Assembly (NCBI GenBank): GCA_013239625.1 | Contig: MU054220.1 | Span: 5,316,626-5,380,625, forward strand | Direction: 5' to 3' | Length of the DNA stretch: 64,000 nt | Source of the DNA: Lama guanicoe | Taxonomy: Eukaryota | Shown here: positions 12,382 through 24,299 of the stretch, one piece after another | Layout of the letters: every line of letters starts with the position of its first letter | Numbering within the stretch: position 1 is the first letter of the stretch | The notes under the pieces: generated by a model | Seen by the model: only the letters and a program-made list of their open reading frames with translations | The model's database searches: none | Told to the model about the DNA's origin: nothing | Program-made: the position numbers and the translations under genes

Positions 12382-13078
12382 TGTGTCAGTTAGGTTCAGT
12401 CAAGAAAACAGACGCCACCTTATGTATTTTTTTATTCTTAATATATTTTTATTGACATATAGTCAGTTTACAATGCTGTGTCTATTTCTGGTGTACAGCA
12501 CAATACTTCAGTCATATAGGAACATACATATATTCGTTTTCATATTCTTTTTTTACCATAAGTTACTACAAGATATTGACTACAGTTCCCTGTGCTATAC
12601 AGTATAAACTTGTTGTTTATCTATTTTATATATAGTAGTTAGTATCTGCAAATCTCGAAACTATTTAACAAAGGAGATTAGAAGGTTACACCCTTATTGA
12701 AAAGGCTAGGGAGCAGAGGTCACTTGACCACTCCAGACTTTCAAGGAATTCTACAGTGCACAAATTACAGGTAAGTTGCTGTTGGTTAGCTCTGCTGGCT
12801 GTAGCTCCTAAGTGGGTGAGCCTCAGAGCGACTGCTGGACGCCTCTAGCAAAACCCATGTCAGATGTATGCCAACCCCACGTGACTCCTATACTGGCTGT
12901 CAGAGAGGACTGGCTCCATCGACTCTCTCCCTTCTGAATCTCACGTGAAGGTCTCTTATTGGCCATATCTTACTGGCACTCTGCTGGCAAGAGATTCTGA
13001 ACAATGTAGTTTCCATGATTTCAACCTCTTTGGTACAAGGGAGGGTATGGTATGGAAAATCAACAAGTAGTATCTGGC
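12382..13078 (-). mobile_element. old ERVL-class solo LTR (LTR33/LTR16-like) interrupted by a young L1 3' fragment
   Basis: Begins TGTGTCAGTTAGGTTCAGTCAAGAAAACAGA. Later CTCTTATTGGCC...GGCAAGAGATTCTGAACAATGTAGTTTCC is typical of this LTR group. Confidence 0.55.
12428..12659 (-). mobile_element. young camelid-type L1 3' terminal fragment
   Basis: TTTTATTGACATATAGTCAGTTTACAATGCTGTG...GTTCCCTGTGCTATACAG...TATCTGCAAATCTCGAA. Highly similar to the copies at 19021, 32028 and 40703. Confidence 0.85.
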
Positions 13079-14789
13079 AATGAGGGTGTTTAAACTCAGA
13101 ACTCTGTTAAATAAAACCAAAGAATTAGCTGAGAACTGAGTTTATGAAAAAAATCTTTAAGTGGTTGGGTAAGATAATTTGCAAAAAGAGATACTACCAA
13201 TTTACTTAAAAAAATCCAAATAATAATAATATCAAGTAAAATAGAAGAGTCTGGTTCTGGTATATTACCACTTGGGGCAGATCACTTTGCTTCTGGTCCA
13301 GATCCACTTCTGTGCTTGTCTTTGGGCATCCTGACTGTGTCTCCATCTTGTCCTTGTAAATTTTCCTTTTCTAATCCATGCTAGTTCTACTCCCTTTCCT
13401 TCTGGCTGATTCAGTTGGGGTGGACATCTGACTGAAACTAGGACAAGTGTACTCTCTCTCTCTCTCGGGAACTTGAAAGGAAAACAAGCTGTTGACATAA
13501 CCAGACAGAATTGGGCCTGCAATTCAATGTCGTTTAGAGTTGTGTCTTGAAGACATGGTAACCCAAAGCCTTCTGTGACTTGGAGCCATAAGGAAGCATA
13601 AAATATGGCACATCAATACATGGAAGACATCATCAACTGTAAGTCTGTCTCTCAGGAAGACACAATTTTCCATGTACACTATGGCATGACACCTTTTCAT
13701 CATTTAAAATTTTTATTTTGTGCTTATTGAAAGTACTCTTAGATTTTTTAATCATAGTATTTCCCTCATATAATGTGCTTTTTAATTTTCCTATTTCTCA
13801 CAAATAAATAGGGAAATATAAGTAAAGTGAATTGTTAAGATGTTCCTAAACATCCAGCTTTTTGGAACTATCTTTTCTGTACTGTATCATCTGTTTTGCC
13901 ATTGAGAGCATTGGTGATGGAGCATGTCTTTGAGAAAACAATGCTCACTGTGGTCGCCAAAATAGTGAGTGATACCGTTGTCAAGTCTGGGTGCAAAGAC
14001 ATGGCCCCAACTGCATCAGAGTCATTGGAAGTTAAGAAATTTATGAGATACAAAGATGTTGAATCTGGGAGAATGTGAATTCTGGGACCCATGAAATATG
14101 ATTTGTCTTGGAGAAGATGGTGAGTTTTAGAGGAGATGGAGGACCAAAGGTATGGAGCTTAGTAGACATGAAGCCCAGAAGACTAGGGGAAGAGACTCTG
14201 AAGTTGTCCTAATTGTAGAAAGGACTGCTTGTACTCGCTATCTGTGGCCATAGGATGTTACTGCAACCTTAAAATAAGTTTCTCTTTACTTAAACTTTTT
14301 ACAAAAGGGCTCTTTTTTTCTCTTATAATTAAACAATCCATGACTAACATACCCTGGAGAAGTTCATGCCTAGTGGGGAATATGAACATATAAACAGAGA
14401 CTATTACAACAGTGCATGGCTTGTGCTATGAAGAAGATTATGTACAAAGTCCTGTGGGAGACTTCAGGATGAGTGGATTTGTATTTACCTTCTCATCATT
14501 TCCGAGCTGGGGACCAGCCTCATTCAAATATTTTACAAATGATGCTCATTAAGACGCAGAATGTACAGAAGTGAACTGATAATGTTACACTAGAATTCTA
14601 AACAGACTGTCAACTAAGGCGTATGCTGGTTGGTCATTGCTGTTTTGGGAACTCAGCCCAGGCTCTGTTTTAGTGATTGTATTATTGTTTTTCAAGATCC
14701 TATTTTTTCTGGCCAAGTCTCTCTGTACTCTTTCCCTGTCCTACGTGAGCTCATCCTCCACCCTGTCAAGTTCTTTCTTGACTGTGTTA

Positions 14790-15075
14790 GACAAAGCTAT
14801 GCACTTTCCATCCCCCTGTTTTTATTGCTGCCTTCCACCTGTTCTTTCTCTATGCAGTTCAGAATCACCCTTTAAGTCTCAGTTGAGTCCCTCCTCTTTC
14901 AAGAGGCTTTCCTTGATTATACCAGTTCAACCCACTGCTTCCTTCTCTTAACAGTTCTTGTATCAAAACTATACTTAGTTGTTTTAATGTGGTTGATGTT
15001 ATTTCTCCCAGTTATGTTGCTCATTCTTGGAGGTTGGGAACCATATTTTAATAATTTTGTTCAGCAAATATATGC
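14790..15075 (+). mobile_element. LINE-2 3' fragment
   Basis: TTTAAGTCTCAGTTGAGTCCCTCCTCTTTCAAGAGGCTTTCCTTGATT... resembles the L2 3' region. Confidence 0.6.
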
Positions 15076-15405
15076 TGGTTTATGTGTTCAAAAGCTAGAG
15101 ACTGAGCTCAGTTATGTGAAATAAAGCTGGTATAGTAGATGAGAAAATAAACTTTATAAAAACTCATACATGTGAAAAATGGTAGAACATGGAAACGGTA
15201 GTAAGATAAATCAAGATCTGTGGGGATTTAAAAGAAGAAGAGCTACCTTCCAGTTGAGAATGTGAAAGGAAGTTTCTCTGATGTGGCAGTGATTGTATTG
15301 GGCCTTGAAAAATGGTTAGGATGTGGGCATACAGAGAATGGGGTGGAGATAGGAACTCCACTGCATGTCATAGTGGATACATTCAGTGACCATTAGTCTA
15401 GGGCT

Positions 15406-15630
15406 AGTGTTGATAAACTTTTTCTGCAAAGATCTAGATAGTTAAGTTTTTAAGCTTGCCAGAACATACAGTCTCTGTTATCAACTACGCAACTCTGCCA
15501 TTGTGGTGTGGAAGCAACCATAGATAATATATGAATGAATAGACATGGCTGTATTGTTATAAAATTTTAGTTAAAAGAACAGACAGTTGTTCAGAGCATA
15601 CAGTGCATGCTATAGTTTGCCAACCCCTTG
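15406..15630. mobile_element. MER58A-like hAT-Charlie MITE
   Basis: AAACTTTTTCTGCAAAG...CAACTCTGCCATTGTGGTGTGGAAGCAACCATAGATAATA...TAGTTTGCCAACCCCTTG. Confidence 0.75.
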
Positions 15631-16369
15631 TTTAAGTTGTTATATGACTGAATGTATAATTAAATGTATGATCACAGCCTCATCAATGCTCAAAATTAAT
15701 AAAAACTAGAAATAATTTACTGAAATGTGGACAATAGTTGTCTTTGGTTGCTGAGACTACAAACAACATTTTGTTCTTCTATATCCTTTTTGATTTTTCC
15801 AGATATTTTATGAGGACCATGTGTTATATAGTGAGAACAAACAAACTTTATTTACAGAATTTAAGTATAGACAGTAGGCAGTATACACAACCTAGACCTT
15901 GGCACATAGATGTTCAGGGCATACTTGAGCTTGGCTGATCAGTACCATTTCTGCAAGTATTAACCCTAGTGCTAAGGAAACAATTGTCCTTGGAATGGCA
16001 GCTTGGATACAACAGACAAACTTGCATCAAAATCAGGCTGTTTCTTCTGTTGCCCTCTGTCATCAGCTCCACGGAGCCATTGTGTTGTTCAAGAAACATT
16101 ATAGCAAAAGGCTGCCTAGGCGGAAACTAAATTGATTTTCTGATTCCACCCTTAACCCTCTTTTTTTTTGGTCTCTAAAGGGAGCCCAGGGTTTTTAAAG
16201 CACTCTATGTGACATGCTGCCAAGTCAGATAGGAGATGGAATAATTGTGGACTTAGCCTTCACCTCAGATCACAACAGTGTCAATGAAACGTGGTCAAAT
16301 GACAACAGTTATCTGATTACAAGCGAGCTTAGGAAGCAGACATTAGGTTTTAAATTCTAAAGTGGAAGT

Positions 16370-16590
16370 GCTGCTAATGATAAGAGCTATGCTTCTTGAA
16401 TTCCTTCACTGTGTTTTGCATGTTTCCTTGACTTTTAGAACAATACTTCAAGGTAGGTATGACTATCCCCATTTTGCAGGTAGAGAAACCGAGGTTCAGA
16501 GACTTACAGTGGTCTGCTCAAGGTTATAACTTTACATGGTAAAGTCAAGATTTGAACCCAGATCTGCCTGATTTCAAAGGCTGCTCTTTC
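16370..16590 (-). mobile_element. MIR SINE
   Basis: ATCCCCATTTTGCAGGTAGAGAAACCGAGGTTCAGAGA...GATTTGAACCCAGATCTGCCTGATTTCAAAG. Confidence 0.8.
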
Positions 16591-17048
16591 TCCTTTGTTC
16601 CTCCACTTCATATTAACCCTTTTTCTTTTCCCACTGCAAGAGACATGTGCCCACAATTGAATCCCGAAGTGGCCTTGACATGCTATAACAGTCTTCCCTA
16701 TAGTCTCCCTGCATAGGGGAGGGTATATGACAAGCTAAATAACTACAGACAGTGCATGACGAATCACATAGATTTGGGGGGAAGGATCCAAAGACATTTG
16801 ATTGAGCTTCATATAATTTAGGCTTGGGCAAGAGAAATAAATTCTTTAGGAGAAAATGATAGAATGCCTTTCATTTTTTTTTTTCAGATCAATGGTACTG
16901 CCAGTTTTCAGAGACACTAGTGTCGTGGCTCCATAAAGAATGAGAATGGCTAGAGAAAATTTTATGAGTTGAAAAAATCTTGAAGTGGGCTTTGTGATAA
17001 GACTGTGTTAGTTTAAGTTCAAACTTTTCCAGTTACTGTATGTGTATG

Positions 17049-17412
17049 TGTGTTAGAGTTCTTCAGAGAAGCAGAACCAATATGATTTATATGTATGTAC
17101 ATATACACAAGAGACAATGAGAGAAAGAGAGAGACTTTAAGGAATTGGCTTATGTGATTGTGGGGTCTGGCAAGTCTGAATTCTAAAGGGCAGGCCCGGG
17201 GAAGGTTCGAGACCCAGGGAAGTATTAATATTGCAGCCCTTCAACTGATTAGATGAAATCCTCCCTCCATTATCGTGAATAATTTGCTTTACTCAGAGTC
17301 TAATGATTTAAATGTTAACTTCATCTAAAAAACACCTTCATCTAGACTCATGTTTACCAAACATCTGGGCACCATAGCCTAGCCAAGTGGACATATAAAA
17401 CTAATCATCACA
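17049..17412 (-). mobile_element. MLT2 (ERVL) solo LTR, internally deleted
   Basis: TGTGTTAGAGTTCTTCAGAGAAGCAGAACCAATA...AAGGAATTGGCTTATGTGATTGTGGGG...CCTAGCCAAGTGGACATATAAAACTAATCATCACA. TG...CA ends, with 5-bp flanks GTATG/CTATG. Confidence 0.85.
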
Positions 17413-17769
17413 CTATGTAAACACCCACAAGAATTTAAGCACCCAAATCTTGTATCTCACCTGTTGAATGGGAATAATAGTAGTATCTGCAATGTAAGGA
17501 TTGCTCTGAGGCTTGAAGAGCTAATATATACACATTTCAGAGTGCTGGCACTTCATAAGTGCTCAGTCGATTTTAGCTAATATTATTATTATTGTATTAA
17601 TATTATTATTTTATTTTTTTCTCCCCTCATTTTAAAATTTGAAAGCAATGAGTTTTTCTCTAACATCAAACTGAATAAAATTTCTGAGTTTAGAAGAGCC
17701 TTAAGAATTTTTATTTGATCTATAAGTGCTCTGCTCCCAGAGTGTTTCCACAATTTGGGTTTCCCTTTC

Positions 17770-18535
17770 TACAGACCCCTTCCCCTATTTCTACCACCTC
17801 CCCCACCCTCCCCTCTGGCAGTCACCAGTTTGTTCTCTGTATCTGTGAGTCTGTTTCTGTTTTATGTTTGTTTATTTGTTTTATTTTTCAGATTCCACAT
17901 ATAGGTATAATACAATATTTGTCTTTGTCTGTCTGACTTATTTCATGTATACCCTTCATGTCCATCCATGTTGTTACAAATGACAAGATGTGATTCTTTT
18001 TATGGCTGGGTAATATTTCTTTGTGTGTGTGTGCGTATATATACATCTTCTTTATCCATTCATCTATTGATGGACACTTAAGTTGCTTTTGTGTCTTGGT
18101 TAGTGTAAATAATGCTGCAATGAACATAGAGGTGCATATATCTTTTCAAATTAGTATTTTTGGTTTCTTAAGACAAATACTCAACATAGAATTGCTTGGT
18201 TGTATGGTAGTTCTATTTTTAATTTTTTGAGGAACCTCCATACTGTTTTCCATAGTGGCTGCACCAACAGTGCATAAGGGTTCACTTCTCTCTACATCCT
18301 CTCTAACAGTTGTTACTTCTTGTCTTTTTGATAATAGCCATCGTGACAGATGCTAGGTTATATCTCACTGTGATTTTGATTTGCATTTCCCCAGTGATTA
18401 GTATTGTTGAGCATCTTTTCATGTGCCTGTTGGCCACCTGCATGTCTTCTTTGGAAAAATGTATATTCCAGTCCTTTGCCCATTTTTTAATCAGAGTGTT
18501 TATTTTTTGATGTCGAGTTGTATGAGTCCTTTACT
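17770..18535 (-). mobile_element. L1 ORF2 C-terminus/3'UTR fragment
   Basis: The minus-strand ORF 17888-18127 (MFIAALFTLTKTQKQLKCPSIDEWIKKM) is the classic L1 ORF2p C-terminal peptide. Confidence 0.9.
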
Positions 18536-19020
18536 TTTTAGCTAATATTTTTGCAGTTAGATTACAAACTTCTCTTAAATTTCTCTAGCTAATATCCTAA
18601 GAAACATGGAGAATTTTATGCATTGCTCATTTGCTTTAAAAATGCCCTCTCCCTATTGTGAGAGGACATTGAAAATTACCATTTATTAAGTCTGAAATAA
18701 ACAGACCAGAGAGGTCAAGGGTGGAGTGATTGGCTCTAGGTCAAACCACAAGTCAAGCAGAAATAGTTCAGGGTTTTCAGCCTTGGTAGGGCACTTCCCA
18801 TTAGACTGTCATCATTTATCATGTTCCATTTTCACAGATGGAGCTGTTTCCTCAGGGTATTTTCCAAGAAATTCACGTGTAAATCCCGGTAGTGAAGTGA
18901 GGCCCCCTTCGCCAAGATCTGAAATGTCAAAGCAGTTGGAACTGTCAGAAGGTCAAACATTCTCAAAGTTGAGAGTGATTTTGGTTTCTGTGCTTTAATT
19001 AAGAAGATATATTGTAGATT

Positions 19021-19365
19021 TCACTTATATGTGAACAAAAAAGAACTTATTTCCAAAACAGAAACAGACTCACAGGCATAGAAAACAAACTTACGGTTAC
19101 CACAGAGGGAAGGAGGTGGGAAGGGATAAATTGGGAGTTCGAGATTTGCAGATACTACCCAATATATAAAAAATAGATAAACAAGTTTATACTGTATAGC
19201 CCGGGGAACTATATTCAATATCTTGTAGTAACTTACAGTGAAAGAGTATATGAAAACAAATATACATATGTTCCTATATGACTGAAGTATTGTGCTGTAC
19301 ACCAGAAACTGACACAACATTGTAAACTGACTATACTTCAATAAACATATATTTAAAACAAAAAG
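19021..19365 (+). mobile_element. young camelid-type L1 3' terminal fragment
   Basis: AAACAGAAACAGACTCACAGGCATAGAAAACAAACTTACGGTTACC...CATTGTAAACTGACTATACTTCAATAAA plus an A-rich tail. Confidence 0.85.
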
Positions 19366-19374
19366 TAATGTTAA

Positions 19375-19926
19375 TGTTATCGACCTTCCCGAGTTGGTCT
19401 CCAACAAGGGTCCTTCTGCTCCCTGTCATTCAAGTCAATTGAATGAGAGACGGAGTTTGGTTCAGAAGCAAATGTAATTTTTTTCTTTGATCAAAGAATG
19501 GAGAGGTGTGAGCTAACCCTCTAGAGTAACTGCTCTTGCCATGGGCCATTGCCTGGCTGCTTTGCAGGGATCCCGACAGCCTGAGGGGAGCGGGGCGGGG
19601 TTCTCGCGGCGCAGGCGCAGCTGCACTGCTCAGGCTGCAGACGGAGGTGCCCAGCGCGCTTCTGCGCATGGCCCGCCGCCGCCATCTTGAATTGCAGTGT
19701 TCTGCCTGATGCTTCTGCGCGCGGTCCCGACCTGAGGTGTTTCGCGCCACCGCTTCGCACCAGCAACTTGGGTCTGAAGTGCTGGCGGCAAGGCCTCTGC
19801 AAGCGACACCTGGTGAACAAGAGAAACTAGAGTAAGCATCAAGGGAAAAAACAGGTTAGACTTTATTTTATTACCCAGATTCTATTTTTATTTCCCGGGA
19901 GTTGTTAATGGGCCTTGTCAGTGACA
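19375..19926 (-). mobile_element. CpG-rich solo LTR (ERV1-like), 552 bp, 4-bp TSD TTAA
   Basis: Ends are TGTTA...TGACA, flanked by TTAA at 19371-19374 and 19927-19930. The minus strand ends ...GGTCGATAACA like ERV1 U5. No internal viral sequence is adjacent. Orientation is inferred. Confidence 0.75.
19592..19689. promoter_or_regulatory. Sp1/NRF1/YY1 motif cluster within the LTR
   Basis: GGGGCGGGG (19592-19600), GCGCAGGCGCA (19609-19619), TGCGCATG (19663-19670), GCCGCCATCTTG (19678-19689). Confidence 0.55.
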
Positions 19927-19964
19927 TTAACAGCCCAGTAACTGGCTTGTGATGAGGAGAAATA

Positions 19965-20170
19965 TTATCGTGGTTTAAAGCCAGGGTGCTCAGGTTCAAA
20001 TGCTGGCTGTGTGACTTTTCAGCTATGGCGTCTTGGGCAAGTTACCTCATATCTATGTGCCTTGGTTTCCTCAGCTATGACAATGGAGAGAATGTTGTAG
20101 TACCTGTATCAGGCACTAAGGCAGTGCATGGGGTGTAGTCGGCGTTCACTGGAGCTTGTTTATCATTGTC
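19965..20170 (+). mobile_element. MIR SINE
   Basis: GGTTCAAATGCTGGCTGTG...CTTGGGCAAGTTACCTCATATCTATGTGCCTTGGTTTCCTCAGCTATG. Confidence 0.75.
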
Positions 20171-20269
20171 ATCATCATTGCCAACACTATGTGGGTAGTA
20201 TCTTCCGTATATAATGTGGGTCAAGCCTGGTTTTTAGCCCCTAGAGTTTACAGTTTAAAACAGAATAGG

Positions 20270-20690
20270 AATTAGCAAGATCCCCTTGTTTGGAAGTAGC
20301 AGAATTCCAATTCAGTTCAATTCAAAACTAGTTTAAGGCGAAAGGGAAATTTACAGGCTTCCTTGCTTATAATCAGAAACCCAAACCTCTTCAGGATGAT
20401 CTCTTTTCCTCTTTAACCTCCATTTTTTCCCTCTGCCCACCAGCTTTATTTTCTTGGTCTGGTTTAACCCTGCAGTGGAGGATGTTGTCTCTGGAAGCTT
20501 TGTCTTATGTGCTTATACTTTTGTGACCAAAATGGGAAAGGCACATTCATACTCGCTTCATCTTGAAACGTCCTAGGGAAGCGCTGTGATTTGCGAGGTC
20601 CCATGCCTGCCCACCGGACCAGAGGGGTGTTTGTCCTAAGCCAGGTCGTGTGCCAATTGTGCAGAAGGGGACAGGCCCTACATCCACTAA
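20270..20690 (-). mobile_element. old MaLR (MLT1-like) LTR remnant
   Basis: TTGGAAGTAGCAGAA...CAAAACTAGTTTAAGGCGAAAGGGAAATTTA...CCCATGCCTGCCCACCGGACCA; degenerate. Confidence 0.45.
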
Positions 20691-22469
20691 AGAATTATAG
20701 AAAATGTCAAATGGAAAAGGGCATTAGAAGTCATGTTTCCCCAGCGTTGTCCAAAACTCAAGTTGTTTAGAATTGTTCAGTTTGGTCTGATGGCGATATT
20801 GTGTAGTGATGTAGTACTTACCCTGTTTTCTTCCCCACCCCACTTGCCTGTCTGTTACATTTTTTAAGGATGTATGGTGATTTGCTATTAGGAGACAGCT
20901 GAAGGGTCTGAGAGGTTTTGGAGGCAGGGCTACATATGTATAATTTAAAAAGACCTCTTTGGGTTCCTGATCGACACTTTGGCTCAGAGTTGAGGAGACA
21001 CTTGGGGTGGGGATGAGGTATCTCCTCCCTCACCATTCCCAGTTTGAGAACCACTCAGGTAGACTCTCCTAATACAGTGACTTTAATGCAAACCAACTGG
21101 GTAAAGACAGCTGAGGTTCAGTGGAAAGAGTAAACTATGGACTATGTTCTAAGAAATGCCATTTTGCAGCTTAGGTATATAATTAAAAAACTAATATCAA
21201 GTGTAGCATTTCTAGGTGGACCTCCTGAAGAATCAGCACTAACAAAGCTATAAACCTTTACAAAGGTTATGAAAGTTGTTTGTAAAGAGTGCTGTTAAAT
21301 AATTAAAAGACTTATATTCTTTACCAGGTTAAATGTTTTCTCTTGAGGTTTTGTTTAAACTTGAAATTTGCCTAGCAAAAGAATTTTGAAGAAACTAATG
21401 CTGAGTGAAGCCTTAAGACCAAGCTGGAAAGAACTTGAGACTAGCTTTTTTGCAGATGAGGAGAAAGAGGGATGGAAACTTCATGATTTGGTGTTTAAAA
21501 TTTCACTTAAACCACATGTTTTTAGTATGGTACTTTAATCTCAGTTGTGCCAAGTGACCCCAAGTTCAGAGTATTTTTAAATTAACCTCCTCAGAGAGCA
21601 AATTCCTAGTCTTCTACAGAAATAATAGTAGGGTTTGCGAGTGATCCCGGATTTAAATACTTTGTTGTAAGGATATTCAAACAATTTCCTTTCTGATATA
21701 TATGTACCTCTTCTTTCAGACTTAGGTGGCATTTCTTATTCTTGAGCATTGCTGGGATTTTGTAGCATGAACCATCTACTTCTAGGGCTTCTCAGAGCCA
21801 GCTTAAATTTTAGATTCATTTGGGTTAGAAGGAACTACTATATGTCCATTTATTTCCTATCTTCTACAATTCTAGATCCTCTCCTTTAACCTTTGCCTCT
21901 TTGGGTATTTGATTTAAAAATCACTTTATTGTCATTTTAGTGATGATAACTGGAAGTTGTAACCAGTTTCTTTCATTTAACAGTGTATTTTGAAAATATT
22001 TCCTTGTGTTTTGATACTCTTAGGTAATACACTTTTTTAAAGCTATACAAAATTTATAATTAGGATAAACTATAATTCACTTATTTACTATATTTTCATG
22101 GACATTTAGATTGTTCTCATTTTTCACAATTATGAAAATAATGTGATGAAAATCCTTGTGACTACATCTTTGTGTGTCTAATTATGTCCTTGGGATAAAA
22201 TATGACACTTAAAAACATTTGGTACATGTAGGGGAGTGAGTTTATTTATCCATGTTCTTGGATCCCCCAGGGACACTCAATCATTGTCTTCTTCCAGTTG
22301 GAAAATCTGGATGAGAGTTTGAGAATCATGGCTCTTTCAGACTATCATGAAATCATTTTAGATTTGTTTGTACTTATAGTCTAGTAATAAACCCTTTTTA
22401 TGGGGGAGAGAATTCACAAGTTTTCAGGAAGTAAATGTTGTTAAAGTTTAGAGATGTAGCCTGAAAGTC

Positions 22470-23212
22470 TTTTTTTTTTTTTTTACAGTCTTATTGGGGT
22501 AAAGTTGACATACAAAAAACTGCACATGTTTAAAGTATACAGTTTTATGAGTTTGTGCATTTGCATACACTTACGGTTCTATCACCACAGTAAGGTAATA
22601 AACATATTCATCACCTCTAAAAGTTTTCTTGTGCTCCCCTTTTTTAAGGTAAGAAAGCTTTACATGAGATGTACCCTCTTAGCAAAGTTTTTAAGTGTAC
22701 AATACTACATTGTTGACTATAGGTATTATCATGGGATTTGGCAGGCTGGTGTGTGGGTGGGAAAAAAACCTACCAAAGACAAAGGATAAATAGAAAAGAA
22801 GTTCGTTAGATATGCTGCCATAGACGGCAGCAGGCCACACAGATGAGCGGTGCCTGCGTGAGCCCTGAGGGACAGTTGCTGAGGTCTTTTATAAGGGAGG
22901 ATAACCTTTAGCTCCTTGTGCTTACCTGACATTGAGCACAAAGGGAGCCTTGAAAGGATAGGTCTAGGGATTTTGGTAAGGGGTTGTGAGTTTTGGTTGG
23001 GGGTTATGACCAGTCCTGGGAATCAGGCTTCCAGACTGTATATAGATGATCATTATCTCAGCTAAGGCAGGTATATATTAGGAAAAGAATGTTCTTTGTT
23101 GTCTTCAAAGGGCAGCAGCCAGGTGCCTGAGGGGCCTTGGAGCAGAGGGGCCTTGGAGCAGGAATCTGCCAGATGTCTGTGGACCCCACAGGTACTATGT
23201 TTCCCCAGATCT
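22470..23212 (-). mobile_element. L1 3' end (L1MA-like) split by an LTR insertion at 22727-23190
   Basis: T-tract plus TTATTGGGGTAAAGTTGACATACAAAAAACTGCACATGTTTAAAGTATACAG...TTGTTGACTATAGGTA, resuming as GGTACTATGTT...CAGATCT after the LTR. Confidence 0.8.
22727..23190 (-). mobile_element. solo LTR inserted into an L1 3'UTR
   Basis: Ends are TA(TG decayed)...CCCCACA, with flanks GGTAT/GGTAC. There is a TATA box on the minus strand (CTTTTATAAGGG, ~22887) and a perfect 16-bp tandem duplication GAGGGGCCTTGGAGCA x2 (23129-23160). Confidence 0.75.
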
Positions 23213-23364
23213 TTTGAGGCTGAACTCTGATGCACTGTAGAAAACTGGAAAACCTTAATTAAGGATCAGAGGTGGTGGTCATGTTAATAATGTTCGTAGG
23301 ATCAATAAACAGCTGTCCTCAATCTAATGCAAACTTTATCGGCCTGAACTCAAAGGTGTGTGCA

Positions 23365-23510
23365 TTCATTCATTCATCCATCATTTAATCAACAATTTCA
23401 TACTGAGCAGTTGCCATGTGACAGGCACTGTTCTGGGAACAAGACCTATAAAACTGAGTAAAACATACCTGGTCCATATTTGCATAGAGTGTATTATTTA
23501 ATCAGAGAGA
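23365..23510 (-). mobile_element. LINE-2 3' end
   Basis: CATTCATTCATTCA...TACTGAGCAGTTGCCATGTGACAGGCACTGTTCTGGG is the L2 tail in reverse. Confidence 0.75.
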
Positions 23511-24299
23511 AGTTGGCAGGTGGAAGGTTACATAAGAATTCATCACATATAGGTAAGTTTCCAGCGAGATCTTTGTCATCATGTTACAGCATTCATTTGC
23601 TAAATGCCACTATGAACCAAAGACTGTGCTAAGTGCTCCGAAATCTAGTGAAAACCTTAAAAGAAGCCTATGAATCAGATACTATTATCATCTACTTTTT
23701 TTAGAAGGGAAAACAGACTTTGAGAGTTAAAGAAAAAATATCAAGGCCTTAATTAAATGGCATAGTCAGGTTCACCCTGATGGATTCCAAGTGTGTTTGA
23801 GCCTGCACTGCCACCCCACAAACCCTGAGGTGTAAGAAATTAGAAAGGGTCCAAACCTATGAAATCCACTGGAATAGACATGCCTCACACAAACTTACCG
23901 TGCAGGTGACTGAAGTTACCTCTTGACTGCAGTGAGATTTTATAATGTAGACACAATCTTCCAAATGAGCCAAAAAAAAGATCAGCTTTTTATTGAACTT
24001 ATACTCTGTCAAAGGCATGTTGCTAGTCTTTGAAACAAGGTAAGAACTAAGAATTATGCCCATTTTACAGATGAGAAACAGGCTCAGGGGGAACCTTTTT
24101 TTCTTTTATTTTTCTCCAAATGGCAGAGGAAATGGCAGAGGTAGGATTTAGCCCCATATGTGTTTAGCTCCAACCTCATACTGCCTCCAGCAAGTTAGGG
24201 TTCGTGACTAAGGAAACACCTAAAGATTCAAGGATCTTAGAAATAATAGAAAAAATCTAAAGGATTAGGGTTACTACCTGATTGAGTTGCTGTTCTTTA

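Noticed and set aside
19430..19842. Minus-strand ORFs including a Kozak-like AAGATGGCGGCG (MAAAG...) start suggesting a gene or processed pseudogene 5' end
   Set aside because: They lie wholly inside the TSD-bounded LTR, the peptides are unrecognisable, and there is no polyA tail. The motif is better explained as a YY1 site.
19371..19930. piggyBac transposon, because of the TTAA duplication
   Set aside because: The termini are TG...CA without the CCY...RGG terminal inverted repeats of piggyBac. A 4-bp TSD fits an ERV1-type LTR.
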